64,000 nt of DNA from an uncultured delta proteobacterium (GTDB lineage Bacteria > Myxococcota_A > Polyangia > Fen-1088). Where the stretch lies: the NCBI GenBank assembly GCA_963755125.1, contig CAVWIP010000014.1, positions 141,266-205,265 on the forward strand, read 5' to 3'. How positions within the stretch are numbered: position 1 is the first letter of the stretch; each line of letters begins with the position of its first letter. This document shows positions 35,897 through 49,453 of the stretch, piece after piece. The position numbers and the translations under genes are program-made. Below the pieces are notes generated by a model. It was not told where the DNA came from. It did no database searches and saw only the letters and a list, made by a program, of their open reading frames with translations.

Positions 35897-36937
35897 TCAG
35901 ACGGCCTCTCTGTAGTGAATCTCGCTCAATTCCCGCAGGCGATCCGCCGCCTGTTCGGGGGTCAGATCGCGCTGGGGCATGGCGAGCATTTCAAAGCCGA
36001 CCAGGAACTTGCGCACGGCGGAACTGCGGAGCAGGGGAGGGAAGACGTGCATGTGAAGCTGGAAATCACCAGCGGCTTCCGTCTTGGGGGCTTGGTGAAA
36101 GCCCATGGAATAGGGGAAGCTGCACTGGAAGAGGTTGTCGTAGCGAATGGTCAAGCGCTTCAGCAGATCGGCAAGGGCGTCGATCTCTCCGTCGGTGAGA
36201 TCCGTCAGACGTCCTGCGAGCCGGTGGGGCAGCACCAGCGTCTCGAAGGGCCAGACAGCCCAATAGGGCACGAGCGCGGTGAAATGCTGGTTGGCGCAGA
36301 CGATGCGCTCCTGCCGCTGCCGCTCCTGCACCAGATAGTCCAGCAGGAGTGAGGAACCCTGGCGCTCGCGGTACGAGCGTTGATGCGCGAGTTCCTTGTC
36401 GACCTCGTTGGGCAGGTGTGAAGTGGCCCAGATCTGACTGTGGGGGTGAGGATTGGAGCAGCCCATCAGCTCGCCCTTGTTCTCGAAGACCTGGACATGG
36501 TTGACGGTGGGATCGGCCAGCAACAGGCGAGTCTGATCCGTCCACGTGCGGATCACCGAGGCGATCTCTGGGACAGTCAGTTCTGGCAGGCTGAGATCAT
36601 GGCGCGGGTGAAAGCACACCACCCGGCAGCGGCCTGGCTCTCCCTCGCTGCGGAACAGGGGACTCGACTCGCCGGGAAAAGCGGCAGCCTCGGGCAACAG
36701 CGCAGCGAAATCGTTGTCAAAGACAAACGTGCCCTGGTAGGCGGGATTTCGCTCGGACCCCGCGCGCATGTTGCCAGGACAGAGGTAGCAGTTGGGATCG
36801 TACCGGGGGCGCTGATTTTCGGGTAGGCGCTCCACCTTCCCTTGCCACGGCCGCAGCAGGCGGTGCGGCGATACCAGCACCCATTCACCGGTGAGAGGAT
36901 TGAAACGGCGGTGGGGATACTGACTGGGTTCCGTCAC
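35897..36937 (-). CDS. galT: Galactose-1-phosphate uridylyltransferase
   Basis: [31 protein letters not shown] start overlaps galK stop. Confidence 0.96.
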   Translation of the reverse strand: MTEPSQYPHRRFNPLTGEWVLVSPHRLLRPWQGKVERLPENQRPRYDPNCYLCPGNMRAGSERNPAYQGTFVFDNDFAALLPEAAAFPGESSPLFRSEGEPGRCRVVCFHPRHDLSLPELTVPEIASVIRTWTDQTRLLLADPTVNHVQVFENKGELMGCSNPHPHSQIWATSHLPNEVDKELAHQRSYRERQGSSLLLDYLVQERQRQERIVCANQHFTALVPYWAVWPFETLVLPHRLAGRLTDLTDGEIDALADLLKRLTIRYDNLFQCSFPYSMGFHQAPKTEAAGDFQLHMHVFPPLLRSSAVRKFLVGFEMLAMPQRDLTPEQAADRLRELSEIHYREAV

Positions 36938-38112
36938 AGTCGTTCCGTTCCGCCATGGGGGGCGCACGCGTGGATCTTTGGGGTCTTGCCGATCTTGGCA
37001 AAGGCCGGAGCCATGCCTTCGACGAATGCCCTTCCCTGGCCAGCTTGCACGAGGTTGATGGTGCATCCTCCGAAGCCGGCGCCCATCATGCGCGCACCCA
37101 GCACGCCGGGAAGTGCGGCAGCGGCTTCCGCCAGCACGTCGAGCTCGGGGCAACTCACTTCGTAATGCTTGGAAAGCCCCTGGTGGCTCGCATTCATCAG
37201 GCGACCGAAGGCCGGCAGATCCTCGCGCTCCAGGGCCTCGCAGCCGGCGATGACCCGCAAATTCTCCTCGATCACGTAACGGCAGCGACGGTAGACGACG
37301 GGATCGAAGTCCGCGCGATGGGCGTCCAGCAGGTCCAGACTCACGTCGCGAAGACTTTGGACATTCGGGGCATGTTCTTGCAACAACGCCACACCGGCTT
37401 CGCACTGGCTCCGGCGTTGGTTGTAGCCACTGTCGGCCAGGGCACGCTCCACCTGGGTGTCGCAGAGGAAGATCTTCACTGAGCGATGAAAGGGCACGAA
37501 CCGGCAGGTGAAATTCTGGCAATCCAGCATCATCACGTGATCCTTCTGGCTCATCAGGCTTGCCATCTGGTCCATTATGCCGCACTTGACGCCGACGAAG
37601 TTGTGCTCTGCCGCCTGAGACAGTTTGGCCATGGTCAGCCGGTCGAGACCCAGGCCAAACAACTCGTTCAGGGAAAAGGCGAAACCGCACTCCAGGGCGG
37701 CGCTGCTGCTCATGCCGGCGCCTATGGGAAGATCGCCGCCGTACACCAGTTCGAAGCCGCCCAGTGGATGTCCCGCCCTTTGCAGTTGATCCAGGACGCC
37801 CAGCAGATAGTTGGGCCAGCGCTCGGGATGGGGAGCCAATTGCCCAAGATCCCCTTCGAGCCGTCGACCGAGATCCAAAGCGTGCAGGACGTAGCGACGA
37901 TCGGAACGGGCTTTGACTGCCAAGGCGATCCCGCGATCCACCGCGGCGGGCAGCACGAAACCATGGTTGTAGTCGGTGTGCTCTCCGATGAGGTTCACCC
38001 GGCCGGGGGAGCGTACGACCACCGCTGGCTCGCCGAATTGCTGACGGAAGCTTGCGAGGACTGGAACGTGGAATTCCACGTGGTCAGTGAGGCCGAGGCC
38101 AAGATGTTGCAT
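36934..38112 (-). CDS. galK: Galactokinase
   Basis: [34 protein letters not shown]. Confidence 0.96.
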   Translation of the reverse strand: MQHLGLGLTDHVEFHVPVLASFRQQFGEPAVVVRSPGRVNLIGEHTDYNHGFVLPAAVDRGIALAVKARSDRRYVLHALDLGRRLEGDLGQLAPHPERWPNYLLGVLDQLQRAGHPLGGFELVYGGDLPIGAGMSSSAALECGFAFSLNELFGLGLDRLTMAKLSQAAEHNFVGVKCGIMDQMASLMSQKDHVMMLDCQNFTCRFVPFHRSVKIFLCDTQVERALADSGYNQRRSQCEAGVALLQEHAPNVQSLRDVSLDLLDAHRADFDPVVYRRCRYVIEENLRVIAGCEALEREDLPAFGRLMNASHQGLSKHYEVSCPELDVLAEAAAALPGVLGARMMGAGFGGCTINLVQAGQGRAFVEGMAPAFAKIGKTPKIHACAPHGGTERL

Positions 38113-38285
38113 GGTTGGCTCAGGGAAAGGCCCTGAATAGCACGGGCTAGCGAGAGCGCCAAGGCGAGCGGGGCCTGTCCGACGGTCAGGGCGGCGCGTG
38201 CGTGGTCATCCGGCGCCAGGCTCGGCGTGGTTGGGCGGCAAGCCCTAATGGGCAAAGGGAGAAGGCGGGCGCGCGGCCCCGTCGT

Positions 38286-39464
38286 TCAGCGCAGCCCCGC
38301 CTTGATCGCGGCGGCAGCCTCGGGGATCGCGTACTTCTGGTTCCCCCAGCCGAAGATGTCGTAATGGGGGCCGGTGACCCACAGGACCGCGCTGCGGGCA
38401 GTGCGACCGTCGGATAGCGCCAGGTAGCGCAGCAGGCCCTCGTGGCCACGCGCGATCTGCAGCGCCAGGTCTTTTTCCTGCGAAGGCGTGGCATCCCCCG
38501 CCCACAGGTTGGGGTGGCGGAGGCCGCCGCGGCCGATGCCGTACTCGCCGATGTGCAGGGGCGGGATCTCGGCGGGACGCAGGCCCAGGGCGCCGACCAG
38601 GATTTGCCGTCGGAAGTTCTTCTCGTGCAGCAACAGCGCCTGCGCGACCTCGTCGGCGCTGGGCAGGCGGATGCCGCGCTCGGCTGCCGGCATGGCCGCC
38701 GTGAGATCCATGTACTGGGACAGGGCAAGCGCGTCGAGGCCGCGGATGTAGCGCCTGAGCGCTGCTTTGCCGGCCGGGCTCATGCGTGCCACGAAGTCGT
38801 CGGGGATCTCGAAATGGTGGGTGAAGTTGTGTGACAGCACGACGGACCTGTCGAGCCCGAGACGGTGCCGCTCCTGCTTAGCGGCGGCGAGCAGTTTCAC
38901 CCAGCGCTCGGGCGTGTACACCATGGAGTTCATCAGCTCAGTGCCCAGTTCCAGGCGAACGGGCGCGGCAGGGGCGGCGCCCAGGTTGTCGATCGCCGCT
39001 TTCACCGCGCGTAGCGATGCGAACACGACGCCGGTCCGGTAGTCGTCGCTCATCGGGTCCACGTCGAAGAAGCCGCGCCAGGGACAGTTCACGCGCCAGC
39101 TATCGTTCTCCGACTGGAAGGGATCGAAGCCGGGACGGTAGAGCAGTGGGTCCAGGTGTGGCTTCAACACCACCGCGAGCCCCATGCGCGTCGCGCTCTC
39201 GACCGCCTTGGCCAACTCGACGGCGTCCGGGCCCGTGTCCAGATCGATCTTGTTCAGTCCCGCATAGGCGTAGGCGGGCACGAACGAGACGATGCGGAAG
39301 CCGATCTCCTTGAACGTGGCCAGCTTGCGCTCGGCGTTGCCGAACTCTCCCCTCCAGCCGGCATACGTGACGCCGAGTGGGGCAGGCGTCGCCTGCGCCC
39401 TCGACGCGGCGATGGTTGCCAGGGATATCGTGACCAATGCGAAAAGCCGGCTGATCGAGTTCAT
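38286..39464 (-). CDS. Exported TIM-barrel glycoside hydrolase (GH113-like)
   Basis: Signal peptide; VVLKPHLD, LGTEL and IGEYG putative catalytic glutamates. Confidence 0.55.
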   Translation of the reverse strand: MNSISRLFALVTISLATIAASRAQATPAPLGVTYAGWRGEFGNAERKLATFKEIGFRIVSFVPAYAYAGLNKIDLDTGPDAVELAKAVESATRMGLAVVLKPHLDPLLYRPGFDPFQSENDSWRVNCPWRGFFDVDPMSDDYRTGVVFASLRAVKAAIDNLGAAPAAPVRLELGTELMNSMVYTPERWVKLLAAAKQERHRLGLDRSVVLSHNFTHHFEIPDDFVARMSPAGKAALRRYIRGLDALALSQYMDLTAAMPAAERGIRLPSADEVAQALLLHEKNFRRQILVGALGLRPAEIPPLHIGEYGIGRGGLRHPNLWAGDATPSQEKDLALQIARGHEGLLRYLALSDGRTARSAVLWVTGPHYDIFGWGNQKYAIPEAAAAIKAGLR

Positions 39465-39572
39465 GCGCGCAGCCTAGCACCACCGCATCCTAAGCGAGGA
39501 ATCGAGGATCACCTAACCCCACGCCGGCGACGTGAGTCGGAAGGTCGACTCGCCACGTGGGCGCGGGGACTG

Positions 39573-40574
39573 CTACGGCAGTCCTGGCGTCAGCATGGGC
39601 ACTTCGTACACAGCGTGCAGTGTGGTCACGTAGAGCGTGCGGCGATCGGCGCCGCCAAATGTGCAATTCGAAGGCGGCGCCGGAAAGGTGATGCGCCCGG
39701 CGAAGTGGCCGGCATCGTCGAGAACCACGATGGCGCTCACCTCGGTGCTGTTGTTGGCCACGTAAAGACGGCCGCGATCGTCGACGCAAAGGCCGTCGGG
39801 CACGTGTAATCGGGCTTGCGGATCGTCTTTGACGACGCCAAACGGCTCAGGGCTGCCCACGGTTCCGTCCGTCGCCACCGGCAGTCGCCAGAGACGATCT
39901 TGGGCATCGCTGCCAACGTAGAGAGTATTTCCATCAGGAGAAAGCACGACCCCGTTGGGCATGTCGACCCGGAACGCCACCGACAGAGCACCGTCGGGCG
40001 CCAGGCGATAGACAGCTGTGGGCGCGTGGCTGCCCGGGCGGGCGCCCCAGGTCGTGTCGCTGAAGTAGATGTTGCCGTCTTCGCGAATCGTGAGGTCATT
40101 CGGCGCATTGAGCGGCCGGCCGTCGGGTACGCGTTCGGCGAGAACCTGGCGCTCGGGGCCGGAGATGCGCGCCAGAGCGCCGTTCCAGCGTTCGCACGCG
40201 ACCAGGCGACCCTGGGCGTCCACCGCCAGTCCATTGGTGCTGGTCGGCGATGCTGGATAGGGGAGCGTCGAGAACGCACGGGTGCGCGGATCGAAACTAT
40301 AAATTTTGGCGGCCGGGCCATTTTGCTCGACCACGTCGGAAAAGATCAGGGTGCCCTCGCTGGCAACCCAGAACGGCCCTTCGAGCGAGACGAAGGGGAG
40401 GTCGCTGGGTATGGCGCGCGCTGGGCCCGCGGTGAGCGAGGCTTGCTTTGCCTTCGTCTGTGCAGGCGGCGTGGAAGGAACAGTGGTTCCGCAGCCGAGA
40501 ACGGAAAGAACGGCCGCAGCGAGGGCCGCCGCGCGGACGCTGGCGGAAAATGAGATGGTGTACACGCCTGCCAT
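39573..40574 (-). CDS. SMP-30/gluconolactonase family lipoprotein
   Basis: VLGC lipobox; EGP, TNGL, PNDL, PNG, PDG, SNCTFGG. Confidence 0.9.
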   Translation of the reverse strand: MAGVYTISFSASVRAAALAAAVLSVLGCGTTVPSTPPAQTKAKQASLTAGPARAIPSDLPFVSLEGPFWVASEGTLIFSDVVEQNGPAAKIYSFDPRTRAFSTLPYPASPTSTNGLAVDAQGRLVACERWNGALARISGPERQVLAERVPDGRPLNAPNDLTIREDGNIYFSDTTWGARPGSHAPTAVYRLAPDGALSVAFRVDMPNGVVLSPDGNTLYVGSDAQDRLWRLPVATDGTVGSPEPFGVVKDDPQARLHVPDGLCVDDRGRLYVANNSTEVSAIVVLDDAGHFAGRITFPAPPSNCTFGGADRRTLYVTTLHAVYEVPMLTPGLP

Positions 40575-40736
40575 GTACCACGGGCATGACATTGTGGGGA
40601 GTCTGGGCGTCGACGAAATCACTACGTGCCCGAATTCGCGACGGGTTGACGTAATCTTCATGGTGAAATCAATGAAAGCGAGATGCGATATGAAGGAAAG
40701 TGGGCTTGTTCCTCCCTCCGCCCCAGGAGCGCTTCT

Positions 40737-42494
40737 ATGACCAAGGTGCTGGGCATCAACCCGGGGCATCACGCGAGCGTCGCCCTGTCGATAGACGGCC
40801 GAGTGGTCTTTGCCATCAACGAGGAGCGACTCCGCCAACAGAAGGCTTTTTGCGGCATACCGCGCATGGCCCTCGATCACTGTTACGAGAACTATCTGGC
40901 CAGGGCGGAGGTCGATTGCTTCGCGCTCAACTACAGAAGTTCCAGCGGCCTTCTCGACCTGTGGCAGACGATGGACTCGTGCGAGAGCGAAGGCGGGCCG
41001 CCTCGACGCCTGGGGGCCAAGGATCTGGCGATCAGACTGGTGAGAGAGGTCGGCTGTTTGACGCCCCCAGAATCGCTGCGGAAGAGGCTTGAGTATCCGC
41101 TGTCGCGCACCATGGACCTCCTGCGAATGTACTGTGCCCGAAAATTGGATGTTCCTTGGCAAAAGCTGGCTCTCTTCGACCACCATCTGTGCCACGCTCG
41201 CTCGGCGTCGTTTTCTCTCTCAAGCGAGCGCGACTGGCTTGTCTTCACGGCCGATGGGGAAGGTGACCTGGAGTGTGCGACGGTCTACAGGAAAGCTCGC
41301 GGCGAACCAGGCCTTAGCAAACTCACGGCAATACACAGGGACCATTCGCTTGGCTTCTTCTTCATGCTCATCACGAAGGTCCTGGGGATGTCGCCCAACT
41401 TGCACGAGTACAAAGTCATGGGGCTCGAACCCTACGCGCGCAAGAACACGAACGAGTACCAGCGCGCCTTCGCGAAGCTCTCGTCGCTGTTCTACTTCGA
41501 GGGGCGCGACTTTCGCGCCAGGATCAAGATGCACTCGAAGCAACACCTCGCGTGGTTGTACCGTGAGTTGCGGGACGAGCGCTTCGACTACGTCGCTGCA
41601 GCCGCGCAGAAGACGCTAGAGAGGGTCGTGCTCCGCTGGGTGGGCAACTGGATCCGCGAAACCGGGATCTGCAACGTAGCCGTGGCGGGTGGCGTCTTCA
41701 TGAATGTGAAGTTGAACCAGCGACTCTATGACCTCCAGGACATCACCGACATCTATGTGGTTCCCTCGGCAGGCGACGAGACCACCGTGCTGGGCGCGTG
41801 CAATCAGGCCAACCTCGACGCCACGGGAAACGAGCTGGTGCCTCTCGAACACCTGTACCTTGGAAACGAATGCGCCGAAGTCCGAGTCAGAGAGTTCGTC
41901 GAAAAGGAAGTGGACCAGCGCCGATACGACGTTCGCCACCTGGGAGACAGGATCGAAGAGAGGGTGGCGGAGCTGTTGTCAGAGGGGACGATCGTCGGCA
42001 GGTTCGCGGGCAGGATGGAGTTCGGTGCGCGCGCTCTCGGGAATCGATCAATATTGGCGCATCCCAAACACCCCGGGAACGTCCGAAAACTGAACGAGAT
42101 GATAAAGGACCGAGATTTCTGGATGCCATTCACGCCGTCAGTCCTGGAGGAGGACGCGGATCGCTACATCAAGAACCCCAGAAGAATGCTGGCGCCGTAC
42201 ATGGCGATCACCTTTGACACCACCGACGAAGGCAAGGCGCAGTTCATCGCCGCGATCCACCCCTATGACGAGACCATGCGCATTCAGATGGTGTCCAGAG
42301 AGAAGAACCCCAGATATCACGAACTGATTCGGCACTTCAAGGAACGCACCGGGGTTGGCGGACTTCTCAATACATCATTCAACCTGCACGGCAGGCCGAT
42401 CGTCTGTGCCCCGGCCGATTGTCTGTTCACGCTCGAAAACTCGGGGCTGACGCACCTTGCGCTCGACGGCTACCTTGTGACGAAGAGGCTTTGA
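40737..42494 (+). CDS. Carbamoyltransferase (NodU/CmcH family)
   Basis: NEERL, DHHLCHA, EYKVMGL, GGVFMNV, EFGARALGNRS, LNTSFN. Confidence 0.92.
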   Translation: MTKVLGINPGHHASVALSIDGRVVFAINEERLRQQKAFCGIPRMALDHCYENYLARAEVDCFALNYRSSSGLLDLWQTMDSCESEGGPPRRLGAKDLAIRLVREVGCLTPPESLRKRLEYPLSRTMDLLRMYCARKLDVPWQKLALFDHHLCHARSASFSLSSERDWLVFTADGEGDLECATVYRKARGEPGLSKLTAIHRDHSLGFFFMLITKVLGMSPNLHEYKVMGLEPYARKNTNEYQRAFAKLSSLFYFEGRDFRARIKMHSKQHLAWLYRELRDERFDYVAAAAQKTLERVVLRWVGNWIRETGICNVAVAGGVFMNVKLNQRLYDLQDITDIYVVPSAGDETTVLGACNQANLDATGNELVPLEHLYLGNECAEVRVREFVEKEVDQRRYDVRHLGDRIEERVAELLSEGTIVGRFAGRMEFGARALGNRSILAHPKHPGNVRKLNEMIKDRDFWMPFTPSVLEEDADRYIKNPRRMLAPYMAITFDTTDEGKAQFIAAIHPYDETMRIQMVSREKNPRYHELIRHFKERTGVGGLLNTSFNLHGRPIVCAPADCLFTLENSGLTHLALDGYLVTKRL

Positions 42495-42563
42495 GTCGCA
42501 GGAGATCGCTGCGGCCGGGCATTGAGGAACGCGGGCTTGTCTCTCTCGCTGCCTGGCCGCCGG

Positions 42564-45695
<3,132 letters not shown>

Positions 45696-45697
45696 GG

Positions 45698-46666
45698 CTA
45701 GTCCCCTGGCAGCCGCACGTGCTTCTTGACCTTGATCTTGCCAGTGTCAGTTGTCGTGAAAGCGGGGGCGCCGCCTGGCCGCAATGTGACCTCGGCGTAC
45801 AGGCCGGAGCGCAGGTTGTGGTCGGGGTTGGGGATCTCCACGATGGCGGAGAAGGTGCGGGTGTGCGGATCGGACGCGGAAACCACGCGGGTCAGGCGCA
45901 GGTGCAGTTCCTGGCCGGTGGCCGGCAGGCGCACGTGCACGGGGGTGCCCACCACCACCTGGGCCATGTCGGTCGATGGCACCTGGATGCGCAGGTCCAC
46001 CGGATCGATCTCCTCGATGCTGACCAGGGGAGTGGCCGGCATGACCGAGGCATATTCGCCCTCGTTGACGAAGCGCTTGACGATGAGCCCGTCAAAGGGT
46101 GCGCGCACCACCGAGTCGTGCAGGGCCTTTTGGCCCATGGCCACCGCGATTTCGGCCGCAGCCAGGCCGGCCTTGGCGCCCTTGTAGCGCGCGTCCACCA
46201 GGTCGAACTGGCTCTGGGGAACGGCCTTTTCCGCCAGCAAAGCCCTGACCCGATCCCAGTCCAGCTTGGCGGAGTCGAGCTGGACCTTGGCACCGTCGCG
46301 CGCGGCCTCGGCCTGCTGCAGGCGCAGGAGAAAGTCGCGCGTGTCGAGCGTCACCAGGGGTTGGTTCTGCTTGACGATGTCGCCCTCGCGCACGTGTACG
46401 CGCGTGACCGCGCTCGACACCTTGGGCGTCAGCGTGCTCTTGCGGTGGGCCTCGGTCGTGCCCGACAGGAACGGGCTGGCGCTTCCGGCCGATGCCGCCG
46501 ATGGATCAGCGGCTGGCGCCGGCGCAGGAGCGGGCGGCGTCGGGACGGGCGCCGGGGTTGCAGCCGGTGCCGCCTTGGTCTGCGGCAGACGAGCAACCTC
46601 CGAGCCACGTTCGCAGGATACGATGGCGAGGAGGAAGAGCGGGACGAAAACTGGGCGAGCCGTCAT
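45698..46666 (-). CDS. RND periplasmic adaptor (MFP) lipoprotein
   Basis: GAGGT RBS before MTARP; IVSC lipobox; VREGD and RAPFDG lipoyl halves. Confidence 0.92.
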   Translation of the reverse strand: MTARPVFVPLFLLAIVSCERGSEVARLPQTKAAPAATPAPVPTPPAPAPAPAADPSAASAGSASPFLSGTTEAHRKSTLTPKVSSAVTRVHVREGDIVKQNQPLVTLDTRDFLLRLQQAEAARDGAKVQLDSAKLDWDRVRALLAEKAVPQSQFDLVDARYKGAKAGLAAAEIAVAMGQKALHDSVVRAPFDGLIVKRFVNEGEYASVMPATPLVSIEEIDPVDLRIQVPSTDMAQVVVGTPVHVRLPATGQELHLRLTRVVSASDPHTRTFSAIVEIPNPDHNLRSGLYAEVTLRPGGAPAFTTTDTGKIKVKKHVRLPGD

Positions 46667-46716
46667 GATGGACCTCGGTGGCGTGGTTGACTGTGCGTGG
46701 CCGGAAGCTTTGCAAC

Positions 46717-48141
46717 TCATAGTGGGCGGCCTGGGATTTCCTGGCCCATGGCGCGGGCCAGGTTGGACTGGGCGATGAGGTAGTCATAGGTAGCGGCCTG
46801 AAGCTGGCCGCGGGCGGTGGTGAGCTGGTTTTCCGCGTCGAGCACGTCGAACGACGTGTTGTCCGTGCTTTCGTAGCGTTTCTGTTCGATGCGGAAGTTT
46901 TCCTCGGCCTGCTCGACGGCGTGTCTGGCCACGTCCAGGGCCTGGGCCGCGGTGGTCGTGTTGACGTGCGCGCTGCGGGTTTCCAAGCGAATCATGTCCT
47001 CGGCCTTGCGCCGGGCGGACAGGGCCTGGGCCAGGCGCGCCTTGGCTTCGTCGATGCCGTAGTAGGTGCCGCCGCCTTCCCAGATGTCCCAGGACGCGGT
47101 GGCGCCGATGAACCAGATGTCCTGCTTCGGGGCAAACATCGTCGCCGGTGACGAGTGGGTGTAGTTGGCCACGGCGTTCACCTGGGGCAGCATCTTCGAC
47201 TTGGCCAGGCTCTCGGCCGCGCGGGCCTGAGCGGTCTGTGCTGCGATCTCCTTGATCTCCAGTCGCTCGGCCACCGCGCGATCCTCGGCCTGCGCAGCTG
47301 GAATGACAGGCGCGACGGTCACGTCGGCGATGGAATCCGCTGGTTCGATGGCAGCGTCGGGTGGCAGGCCCATCAAGGTCGCCAGGCGGCCGCGCGCCAG
47401 CACCACGGCACCGTTAGCCTGGATCAGGCGCTGCTGGGCCGCGGCCAGACCTAGTTCGGCGCGCAACACATCGTTGCGGCCCACGGTTCCCGCCCGGTAG
47501 AAGGATTGTGCGCGCTTGACCTGGGCGTCGATGTTCTCGACGGATTTCTGCGCCACATCGGCCAGGCGCATGGCCTGCAGCACCCGGTAGTAGGCCTCGG
47601 TCACCTGGAAGGCGACGTCGCGGCGGGCGGCCTTGCGCTGCAGCCCGGCCAGGTCCACGCCCATCTTGCGCAGGGCATAGCCTTCATTGATCGTCCACAG
47701 CGAGGCAATCGGCTGGGCGAGTGTGATCGACGTGGACCAGGTGGTCTGCGCGCGGAGTTGAATGGGCTGGACGTAGGGGGCGAGGTCGGGGTGGTCTTTC
47801 ACGAGTTGATTCGGGTCGCTGGCCAGCGGCTGCAGCTTGTTCTGAGTCAGAGCATCGTTGACGAACGGAATCATCAACCCCGCGAAGCTTGCGGTCAGCG
47901 GGCTGTCCCAGCGCTGGATGCCCGCGTCCAGGTGCAGTCGCGGCCCGAATGCGCCGCGCGCGCTCTTGCTCTGGGCGGTGGTGGCTTCCACTTCCAGGTT
48001 GGCGCTGGTGATGTCGGGATTGCCCTGCAGAGCCACGTCGATGCACTTGGCCAGGGTCATTGGTTCAGCCGCTACGATCCGGGCAGCCAGCAGCGAAATC
48101 GCCAGCGTCGCAAGCTCGATCTTGGTGAAGGTGGCACTCAT
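46717..48141 (-). CDS. TolC-family outer membrane factor
   Basis: Signal peptide; two OEP repeats (AYYRVL, DVLDAE). Confidence 0.92.
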   Translation of the reverse strand: MSATFTKIELATLAISLLAARIVAAEPMTLAKCIDVALQGNPDITSANLEVEATTAQSKSARGAFGPRLHLDAGIQRWDSPLTASFAGLMIPFVNDALTQNKLQPLASDPNQLVKDHPDLAPYVQPIQLRAQTTWSTSITLAQPIASLWTINEGYALRKMGVDLAGLQRKAARRDVAFQVTEAYYRVLQAMRLADVAQKSVENIDAQVKRAQSFYRAGTVGRNDVLRAELGLAAAQQRLIQANGAVVLARGRLATLMGLPPDAAIEPADSIADVTVAPVIPAAQAEDRAVAERLEIKEIAAQTAQARAAESLAKSKMLPQVNAVANYTHSSPATMFAPKQDIWFIGATASWDIWEGGGTYYGIDEAKARLAQALSARRKAEDMIRLETRSAHVNTTTAAQALDVARHAVEQAEENFRIEQKRYESTDNTSFDVLDAENQLTTARGQLQAATYDYLIAQSNLARAMGQEIPGRPL

Positions 48142-48773
48142 CTCTTTTTCGCTCCAGCTTTGGGATTTCCAGACACGCCATGGAAAAAGAAGTCGCGCAG
48201 CAGCGGCGCGCGGTCGGCCAGGCTGCCCTGCGCCTTGGCCACCCAGCCGTGCAAGAGGCCGAACACCATCCCGACCAGTAGGCGCGCCACCACCTCCGGA
48301 TCGTAGCCGCCAATCTCTTCAGGCTTGGCGTTCTTCTTCAGCCAGTCAGCCAGGCCGAAAATGCGACGTTCAAAGTTATCATGAAAGGTTTGACCGTGGC
48401 TGCCGTCCGGGCAATGGCCGCTGGCAGCCTCCGCAGTGTGGAAGCTGAGAAACAGCGCGCGCCGTTTTTCGATCAACTCCAGGTGTCGCACCGTCATGAT
48501 CTCGAAGCGCTGGTAGAAGGCCAGGTTGCTGGGCAGAGGTTGTTCGAACACCTGGAGAAACTCGGCGGTCAGCAGGTCCATCACGGCCTCGACGATTTCC
48601 TGCTTGCTGCGAAAGTAGGTGTAAAGCGACGCCGCCGTGTAGCCAGCCTCGTGCGCGATGTCCTGCATGGTGGCGTCGTGCACGCCGATTTCTACGAAGG
48701 CCCGACTGGCGGCCTCCACGATGTCCTCGCGGGTTCGCGCGATCTCTCGTTCACGTCTTTGGGGCGCTTTCAT
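48138..48773 (-). CDS. TetR-family regulator
   Basis: TMQDIAHEAGYTAASLYTYFRSK HTH; first gene of the efflux operon. Confidence 0.95.
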   Translation of the reverse strand: MKAPQRREREIARTREDIVEAASRAFVEIGVHDATMQDIAHEAGYTAASLYTYFRSKQEIVEAVMDLLTAEFLQVFEQPLPSNLAFYQRFEIMTVRHLELIEKRRALFLSFHTAEAASGHCPDGSHGQTFHDNFERRIFGLADWLKKNAKPEEIGGYDPEVVARLLVGMVFGLLHGWVAKAQGSLADRAPLLRDFFFHGVSGNPKAGAKKR

Positions 48774-48808
48774 GTTGAACCCTTGCTTCCTGAAGAAAAC
48801 ATAGATTC

Positions 48809-48837
48809 AGTGTGCCGAATGGTCATTCGACTGTCAA
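48809..48837 (-). promoter_or_regulatory. tetR-efflux promoter with palindromic operator
   Basis: Minus strand TTGACA (48837-48832), 17-nt spacer, CACACT (48814-48809); the spacer holds CGAATG-GT-CATTCG (48816-48829). Confidence 0.7.
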
Positions 48838-48934
48838 TGTCAATTATTCGGTGTCCTGAAGAGTTGTTCAAAGAAGGCCGCGCCCGCAAGACCGCGGCCG
48901 AAGTTGTAGAGTACCTGCCGTCACAAACGTTGCC

Positions 48935-49450
48935 GTGTCATACGCCCGCCGAAGCATAGGGACCGTTCTGCTCCTCGCCGTCGTTGCTCTCTTCGCCGGC
49001 GCGGTCGCCGCGCGCCGTGCGCCCGCCGCAATCGCGCAACAGCCGCTGCCCATGAGTCACAAGCGCCATATCGCCAAGGACATGAAGTGCCGGGCCTGCC
49101 ACCAGGGCGTGGAGGGCGAGGCCATGGCTTCGTTTCCCACCCTGGCCGACTGCATGGACTGCCACAAGAAGCCGCAGGGTCAGCAGCCGGGCGAGCCCGA
49201 GGTGCGGGCGTTTGCGGCGCGCGGGCAAGAACTCACCTGGGTGCGGCTGAACCGCCTTGCCGGGCATGTGTACTTTTCGCACGCGGCGCATGTGAGCCTG
49301 ACCAGCATGAAGTGCGAGGAGTGCCACCGTGACATGAGCGCGGTCGATCAAGCGCCGAGCGAGGCCGACGTGCACCTGGACATGCGTGCGTGCGTCGCCT
49401 GCCACCGCGACAAGCACGCCAGCCTGGACTGCCTCGCTTGCCACAAGTGA
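48935..49450 (+). CDS. Membrane-anchored pentahaem cytochrome c (QrcA/ActA-like)
   Basis: Five CxxCH motifs (CRACH, CMDCH, CEECH, CVACH, CLACH); HVYFSH. Confidence 0.9.
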   Translation: MSYARRSIGTVLLLAVVALFAGAVAARRAPAAIAQQPLPMSHKRHIAKDMKCRACHQGVEGEAMASFPTLADCMDCHKKPQGQQPGEPEVRAFAARGQELTWVRLNRLAGHVYFSHAAHVSLTSMKCEECHRDMSAVDQAPSEADVHLDMRACVACHRDKHASLDCLACHK

Positions 49451-49453
49451 TGC

